Assembly: GCA_965208125.1 (NCBI GenBank)
Contig: OZ242320.1
Location: 704,001 to 768,000 of the forward strand
Origin: Candidatus Latescibacterota bacterium
GTDB taxonomy: Bacteria; Latescibacterota; UBA2968
Direction: 5' to 3'
Length of the DNA stretch: 64,000 nt
The position numbers were made by a program, and so were the translations under genes. Positions 58,663 to 64,000 of this stretch are shown here, piece after piece. Each line of letters opens with the position of its first letter. Position 1 is the stretch's first letter. The notes below the pieces were generated by a model. It did not search any database. It worked only from the letters and a program-made list of their open reading frames with translations, and was not told the origin of the DNA.

Positions 58663-59784
58663 TCAGACCGCCTTCTTCTCGAGCAAAAACAAAAACTCCC
58701 GGTTCGGTTCCTCGGCATCCCTCAACCATTCATTCGTCCACTTCATCCCCGCCATCACATTCTTCTTATAATTGAGCGCGACCACATCCACTATCTCACC
58801 ATTGCGCCGCATCACATCGTTCAACCCCCTGGCAGTCGCCCGCCCGCCAGAACTGTACGACAGAATAATCCATCGCGCCCGCGTCGCCGCGATCAAATTC
58901 TCAATCGCCTCAACCGCGATAAAGCGCCCCTCATCACTGCGCCGAAACGCCTCAAAAACAGACGCCGCCACAGTATCCGACGTATCCCTGCGGCGATTGG
59001 CCTTCCCGAAAAGAGCCGGTTTATCGGCGCAAATCACACTCGTCCACAAATGGTAATACGAAGCGTACCGCACCCGCGACGGTGGCATCTTCTCGTTATT
59101 CGATCCATAAGGGGGATCGAAATACGCCAGATCAACGGATATATCGGGAACGAGATCAAAAATATCCCTTTGGAATACCCGATGTTCCCCCGATGAACAA
59201 AAAATATTCGGCGCCTTCAGCACGAGCTTCTTATAAGAGCGAGGCGACCAGTCTTTCAGATAAGAAACAAAATGCCCCAAACTGCTATCCACGCGATCCA
59301 GTGCCAAAATCAGACTCGTAAGCGCCACAGCCTCATCAACCGGATCGAGCTTCAGCGCGTCGATCTCCCCTCGAATCGCATCCAACTTGCGGGTATTGTG
59401 AATCTGCCACGGCTTCTTGCGCCCATCCCGCTGTATCGCACATCCGTCATTGGCATAGCCCCCATAGTGCTCCGTGAACCACCCATCCACAGGCGAAAGC
59501 GCATTGAGATGATCGATAAGCGGCTGATAATTCTCTCGCCTCTTCTTATTCAGCAAATAGCAAGTCCCAAACACCTTCGACCACACCGCAACATCATTGC
59601 AAACAACCGTATAACCCAGCCTCGCGAGCGCCTGCGACACCCTCGTCGTCCCCGAAAACCCATCCAACACCGTCCTTGCATCAACCTTCTTAACCAATTG
59701 CAAAATATGCGGAAGAAGTTTCAACTTTGACCCCGCGTATTTGATCCCCTCTGTGTAGGGCACATCGCAAGTGACTCGCATCAT
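58663..59784 (-). CDS. Adenine-specific DNA methyltransferase (D12/FokI-like)
   Basis: KYAGSK.KL, DGFSGT, YFDPPY and LSYS. Confidence 0.88.
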   Translation of the reverse strand: MMRVTCDVPYTEGIKYAGSKLKLLPHILQLVKKVDARTVLDGFSGTTRVSQALARLGYTVVCNDVAVWSKVFGTCYLLNKKRRENYQPLIDHLNALSPVDGWFTEHYGGYANDGCAIQRDGRKKPWQIHNTRKLDAIRGEIDALKLDPVDEAVALTSLILALDRVDSSLGHFVSYLKDWSPRSYKKLVLKAPNIFCSSGEHRVFQRDIFDLVPDISVDLAYFDPPYGSNNEKMPPSRVRYASYYHLWTSVICADKPALFGKANRRRDTSDTVAASVFEAFRRSDEGRFIAVEAIENLIAATRARWIILSYSSGGRATARGLNDVMRRNGEIVDVVALNYKKNVMAGMKWTNEWLRDAEEPNREFLFLLEKKAV

Positions 59785-59802
59785 GCTTTATCCCCACAAA
59801 AT

Positions 59803-60459
59803 TTATCTGGACAATTGACGAACCACAGTCGCGATTTCTTCGGCGGTATGAGACGGGCGAAAAAAGAAACGCAAATCGCCGTTCTGGTCAACGAGATAGG
59901 TATAGAGGGAATGGTCGATAAGATACCCCGCCGCGGAATTCCGCTCCCCGATCTCATAATGGGCGGCATAGCGTTTGACCACCGCATCAATACTATCCTG
60001 CACCCCGGTAAGACCAATGGCTGGCACGTCAAAATGCGACAAATAAGACTTGAGCATTTGCGGGGAATCGCGCCCGGGATCAACACTGACAAAAAGCGTC
60101 CTGAGATCGCGTGCATCCTCGCCTAAAATCGTATAAGCACTCGCAAGCCGCGCCATCGTTTGAGGACATGCATCAGGACAACTCGCATAGCCAAAAAAGA
60201 GAAGAAACGGACGCTGTTGATCTGCCAAATGGAAAGAATTACCATCGTGGTCAACAAGCGTCAAATCGCCGCCAAAAGGATAAGGATCGGCAGAAAGGGT
60301 GAGATCGGGATCGGACTGCGGCACGCGCTCAAGCGGTTTACAAGCCATAAATAGCAACAGCAAAGTGCAAAGTACAAAGTGCAAAAAACCTCTCCAGTTC
60401 CCCCTTATCTCTTGCCATTTATCTGCGCCCATCTGCGCCCATCTGCGGATCGTATTCAT
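59803..60459 (-). CDS. SCO-family copper chaperone
   Basis: FFGY..CPDACP, SVDP.RD and IDHS...YL.D. Start uncertain. Confidence 0.92.
   Translation of the reverse strand: MNTIRRWAQMGADKWQEIRGNWRGFLHFVLCTLLLLFMACKPLERVPQSDPDLTLSADPYPFGGDLTLVDHDGNSFHLADQQRPFLLFFGYASCPDACPQTMARLASAYTILGEDARDLRTLFVSVDPGRDSPQMLKSYLSHFDVPAIGLTGVQDSIDAVVKRYAAHYEIGERNSAAGYLIDHSLYTYLVDQNGDLRFFFRPSHTAEEIATVVRQLSR
60418..60450 (-). repeat. 10-bp-period REP-like repeat, copy 2
   Basis: Reverse complement reads atccgcagat-gggcgcagat-gggcgcagat-aaa; matches 2181-2213. Confidence 0.7.
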
Positions 60460-60917
60460 CTGCGCCCTTCATTTCGAAAAGAAACAACAGGTGCCCGAAG
60501 CGTCTCCACATGACCATTTGCAAAAGTAAGCGTAAGCGCGAGAGAATCGCCCACAGCCAAATCGCGTCTGAGACCAATAAGCATAAGATGGTTACCCCCG
60601 GGTTGTAAAGTCGCTGAACCATCTTCTGGAATCGGCAAACGGTCAATTTTTTTCATCCGCATAATATTGCCATCAATCGTCATAACGTGAATCTCGGCCA
60701 CCTCAGCCGCAGGCGTAGAAGCGGAAACGAGCGCGGTTGCGGCACCGCGATTGTGAATAGCCAAATAAGCCGCAGTCATAGACTGTGGCGGAATATTCTG
60801 CCGCACCCAGGCGTTTTTAATGGACACAGAAGAAATATCCCGATCACTGCATCCCATCCCCAATAGAATGAGGGGAAAGAAAAATATCCCGCCCTTTATG
60901 AGAAATCGCAATCTCAT
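60456..60917 (-). CDS. PCu(A)C copper chaperone lipoprotein
   Basis: AWVR, AAYL.I.N, EIH......MRM and L.PGG.HLML. Confidence 0.92.
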   Translation of the reverse strand: MRLRFLIKGGIFFFPLILLGMGCSDRDISSVSIKNAWVRQNIPPQSMTAAYLAIHNRGAATALVSASTPAAEVAEIHVMTIDGNIMRMKKIDRLPIPEDGSATLQPGGNHLMLIGLRRDLAVGDSLALTLTFANGHVETLRAPVVSFRNEGRR

Positions 60918-61300
60918 TTCTGCAACGAAACAATAAAAATGGAAATAATCCTGCGTTCTTCTTCCGGGATTTGGGGATAGCCGGGCATACCCATGCCCCG
61001 TTCATTGAGCGCGCCTTTGAGGATCGTACGCGAAACAGCCTCAACCGAACGCCCGTATTTATAAACTTTGGGATCGTGAAAATCGCGTGGCCTTGGATTG
61101 AGAGTACGCGCGATCTGACCATTGCCATGGCCATTGCGACCATGGCAAACCGCGCACCCGTATTTTGTGTACAGAGCCTTTCCCCTTTCTATATCTGCCG
61201 CGGCAAACTGCGGTCTCTGAGGGGGTTCGGCTTTCTGTTCTGGTGAATTCTGGCAAGCCATCAAAATGACGCAGACAGTTGCGAGAAAGAGGCGAAACAT
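60914..61300 (-). CDS. Monoheme cytochrome c lipoprotein
   Basis: Lipobox LMAC, CAVCHG..G.G.G, PRPRDF and axial Met in GMP. Confidence 0.9.
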   Translation of the reverse strand: MFRLFLATVCVILMACQNSPEQKAEPPQRPQFAAADIERGKALYTKYGCAVCHGRNGHGNGQIARTLNPRPRDFHDPKVYKYGRSVEAVSRTILKGALNERGMGMPGYPQIPEEERRIISIFIVSLQK

Positions 61301-62545
61301 AATGTCTCCCGATATAGTTGAGCGGCTGATGTACGTCAGGCCGGGCCGATAAGTCATACCACATCCAAAAGCCCCGCAAGAGAGACGGACTCTTCTACTC
61401 CCGCCTCACTGCGACATTCGCGAATAGTCCATTCGGTGCCCCCGAATTCGCGGTCACGATCTCCGGAAACCGATCACCGTTCAGATCGCCGACAGCCAAT
61501 CCGTACGTCGAGCAGTCCGCGCACCCAAAGCGAAACTCGTCGAACTCCGGGATCTCGCCGCCCCGGTTGAAGTACACCGCATTCTGCGCGCCCACGTTCG
61601 CCACGATAATATCCAGATCGCCGTCGAGATCCACGTCCGCCAGGCGGACCGCGTAACTCCGGTCGTCGGACCCGAACGGCAGGCTGCGCTCGAACCCTTC
61701 CGCCCCGTCGCCGAAGTACACTGCATTCGCCTCGCCGATGTTCGCCGACACGATATCCGGGTGGCCGTCGCCATCTACATCACCCACCGCCACGCCACGG
61801 GTCTCGTCACTGCCGGTTCCGTACCGGCTCACCCGCTCGAAGCTGCCTGCGTCGTTCCAGTGAACTGTGTTCGCGCCTCGGTTACGGTTGGCGAGCACAA
61901 GGTCCGGATCTCCGTCACCATCGAGGTCCGCAGCGGCGACATTGATCGTGGAGTCATCCCCGGTTCCGAACGGCGTTCCCTCGCCGAAGACCCCTGAACC
62001 ATCTCCATGGAAGATAAAGTTCTGGCGCCCCCGGTTCACAACCAGGATATCGGTGTGTCCGTCGGCGTCCAGATCGGCCAACGTCAGGCTCCGCGTCGAA
62101 CTCGGCGTGCCGAAGGTGGCCCCGGCCTTGAAGCGGCCCGCGCCATCGTTCAGAAAGACGAGGTTCCGCGTGCGGTCGTTCCCCACCGCGACATCCAGGT
62201 CGCCATCGCCGTCGAAATCGGCCAGCGGGACGGCATACGTGCTGGCCTCTTCATCCCCCAACCGCCGCGCGAGGGTGAAGGCGGCTCGCCCATCATTGAA
62301 GTAGATCCGGTTCTGCTCGGGCCAGTGGCGACCGTTGGCGACAACCACATCCAGTGTCCCGTCGCCGTTGACATCGCCCAGACTCAGCGAGGCCGTCAGT
62401 TCTCTGCCCGCGCCCAACGACCTGCGTGGCCGGAATGTCCGCTGAGAGGGTTCGGCTTTCTGCTCTGGCGGATTCTGGCAAGCCATCAAAATGACGCAGA
62501 CAGCCGCGAGAAAGAGACGAAACATAATGTCTCCCGATATAGTTG
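61217..62545 (-). repeat. 104-bp direct repeat (61217-61320 and 62442-62545) covering SD plus signal peptide
   Basis: Both copies encode (TISGDI)MFRLFLA.VCVILMACQN.PEQKAEP.Q. Confidence 0.92.
61395..62525 (-). CDS. FG-GAP/VCBS-repeat beta-propeller lipoprotein
   Basis: Seven D.DGDG.(L/P)D..VAN repeats; GC-rich body. Confidence 0.88.
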   Translation of the reverse strand: MFRLFLAAVCVILMACQNPPEQKAEPSQRTFRPRRSLGAGRELTASLSLGDVNGDGTLDVVVANGRHWPEQNRIYFNDGRAAFTLARRLGDEEASTYAVPLADFDGDGDLDVAVGNDRTRNLVFLNDGAGRFKAGATFGTPSSTRSLTLADLDADGHTDILVVNRGRQNFIFHGDGSGVFGEGTPFGTGDDSTINVAAADLDGDGDPDLVLANRNRGANTVHWNDAGSFERVSRYGTGSDETRGVAVGDVDGDGHPDIVSANIGEANAVYFGDGAEGFERSLPFGSDDRSYAVRLADVDLDGDLDIIVANVGAQNAVYFNRGGEIPEFDEFRFGCADCSTYGLAVGDLNGDRFPEIVTANSGAPNGLFANVAVRRE

Positions 62546-62583
62546 GCATGAATATACCCAAAACGCGGAACTTGAAAAAGCGA

Positions 62584-63621
62584 TCAGTCGCCTCTGCGAT
62601 TGGCCTGCGATTGTGGCGTGAGGTCAAACCACGTCTCGTGGCCCTGAAAAAAGCGATCGAGTTCATCGACCATAAGTTTGAAAAAGTGGGGATAATCATC
62701 GCCCGTATGGCCCGAAAAATGCGGACTTAAAAACACATTGGGAAGGTGAATAATCTCACTATCGGGGGGAATAGGTTCCGGATCAAAAACCTCGAGACCC
62801 GCGGTAATATCACCTCGCTTGAGGCGTTCGATCAGAGCATTGGAATCGACAATCGCGCCACGCGAAACATTGACAAAGGCCGACCCGGGTCGGATGAGAT
62901 CGAGTTCGCGTTTCCCAATCATACCTCTGGTGCGCGGTGTAAGCGGGGCAACACAGACAATAACATCGCATTCCGCAAAAATCTTATCCATCGAAGTCTG
63001 CGTAAAACCGACAATCTCGGCAATATCGCGGGACAAATACGGATCATAAACCCAGATATCCGTATTAAAAGGACACAAAAAAGAAATGAGACGGCGGCCC
63101 ATATGCCCACACCCAATAAAACCGACGCGCTTGCCGGTCAACATACCGCGCATGTCGCGATTTTTAGCGCCAATGGTATCGCCAGCGATAATGCGGCGAA
63201 AAGCCGCCCCCGCATTGCGCAACGCGATCAGGATAAGCGCGAGCGCCCATTCGGCAACCGGATAAGACGACCCCTGAGTCGTATCAACCGTGCGGATACC
63301 CCGTTCCCAGGCGGCATCGAGATCTATCCGCGCGGCAAAGCGATCGCCTTCCAATTCGCCAACCAGCTTCAAATTTGGCGCATTATCCATCACCTCAGCA
63401 TCAATCGTGGGGCACCCAGAGCACACGACAACAGCATCCGCATCCCCTATACAATCAACTAAACCCGCAATAGTTCCGGGATCGCGAGGAGCTTCATAAA
63501 TATTGCCACCCTCGCACTCAAACCAATCCCATGTGGCAAAGGTCTCGAGGCGGGCGAGTTCCTCCGGCGGAAAATAGCTATCGCGGATGCGCTTATTAGA
63601 CGCGAGAAGGACTTTTGGCAT
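62584..63621 (-). CDS. D-isomer-specific 2-hydroxyacid dehydrogenase
   Basis: VAE..L, GFIGCGHMG, PLTP.T.GMI, VNVSRG, EP and SPH. Confidence 0.9.
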   Translation of the reverse strand: MPKVLLASNKRIRDSYFPPEELARLETFATWDWFECEGGNIYEAPRDPGTIAGLVDCIGDADAVVVCSGCPTIDAEVMDNAPNLKLVGELEGDRFAARIDLDAAWERGIRTVDTTQGSSYPVAEWALALILIALRNAGAAFRRIIAGDTIGAKNRDMRGMLTGKRVGFIGCGHMGRRLISFLCPFNTDIWVYDPYLSRDIAEIVGFTQTSMDKIFAECDVIVCVAPLTPRTRGMIGKRELDLIRPGSAFVNVSRGAIVDSNALIERLKRGDITAGLEVFDPEPIPPDSEIIHLPNVFLSPHFSGHTGDDYPHFFKLMVDELDRFFQGHETWFDLTPQSQANRRGD

Positions 63622-63659
63622 AACTAACCTCTTTTCGAATTGGATATTTTCTCATCTTC

Positions 63660-64000
63660 TCACTTCAACCCCTCACCCGGTATCCACTGTATCTCTATCG
63701 GCTCTGCCTCGCCATCATACGCGATTCTGAGCGGCTCCATCAGTGCCTGCAACTCTATAGACGATGACACAGCATCACTGTTATTACCTTCTGCCCGAGC
63801 GACCGTGGCCTGCGTGCGCTCGGGCAAAGCGACAAAGTCCGGATAGTACCACATCGTGAGCACAGTCCTGCGCTCATCTGTCTGATTCGCATGCGAAGCG
63901 TGTAACAGACTGCCATAACCCATCACGAGATCGCCGGCTTTAACGGGAACATCGATCTCGTCATCCACCCGAGAAAACCCCGGATCGTCCGGATTGGCAA
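63660..64000 (-). CDS. PhyH-family dioxygenase, C-terminal part (runs off the window)
   Basis: VPVKAGDLV.....LLHASHAN....RRT.LT.WY. Confidence 0.75.
   Translation of the reverse strand, partial: ANPDDPGFSRVDDEIDVPVKAGDLVMGYGSLLHASHANQTDERRTVLTMWYYPDFVALPERTQATVARAEGNNSDAVSSSIELQALMEPLRIAYDGEAEPIEIQWIPGEGLK

Noticed and set aside
1-64000. CRISPR array, tRNA or rRNA genes
   Set aside because: No regularly spaced repeat-spacer array or recognisable tRNA/rRNA sequence was seen by eye. The repeats found are duplications, coding repeats or element ends.

Overview
Bacterial chromosomal window of moderate GC with visibly GC-richer inserts. EF-hand/dockerin-like tails, a FlgD-Ig tail, TonB receptors and several PhyH/TauD dioxygenases suggest an FCB-group organism such as Latescibacterota (inference). 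Housekeeping genes include psd, rimO, folA-thyA, purH under a ZTP riboswitch, rpmG-rpmB, folE2, hemB, cysS and lgt. Three larger blocks stand out. (i) A ~17 kb minus-strand metal (probably zinc) homeostasis region: Fur/Zur regulator, two CobW GTPases, a WD40 protein, a Zrg-like ABC system, a MerC-like protein, and a tandem-duplicated cassette of CxxC/RSPP leader ORF, lipoprotein and TonB receptor. (ii) A cobalamin-riboswitch-controlled corrinoid uptake/salvage operon. (iii) An accessory island at ~31.5-41.3 kb. The best candidate for an undescribed system is in that island: five uncharacterised genes bracketed by ~84-bp imperfect inverted repeats with no transposase. They encode an HTH/PLD-like nuclease with a coupled 721-aa partner, and a glycine-rich membrane protein, its internally deleted paralog and a 458-aa partner. 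The island abuts an Rpn-type nuclease gene that is bounded by perfect 14-bp inverted repeats and carries an internal in-frame start. All family assignments come from motif recognition by eye; no database search was run.
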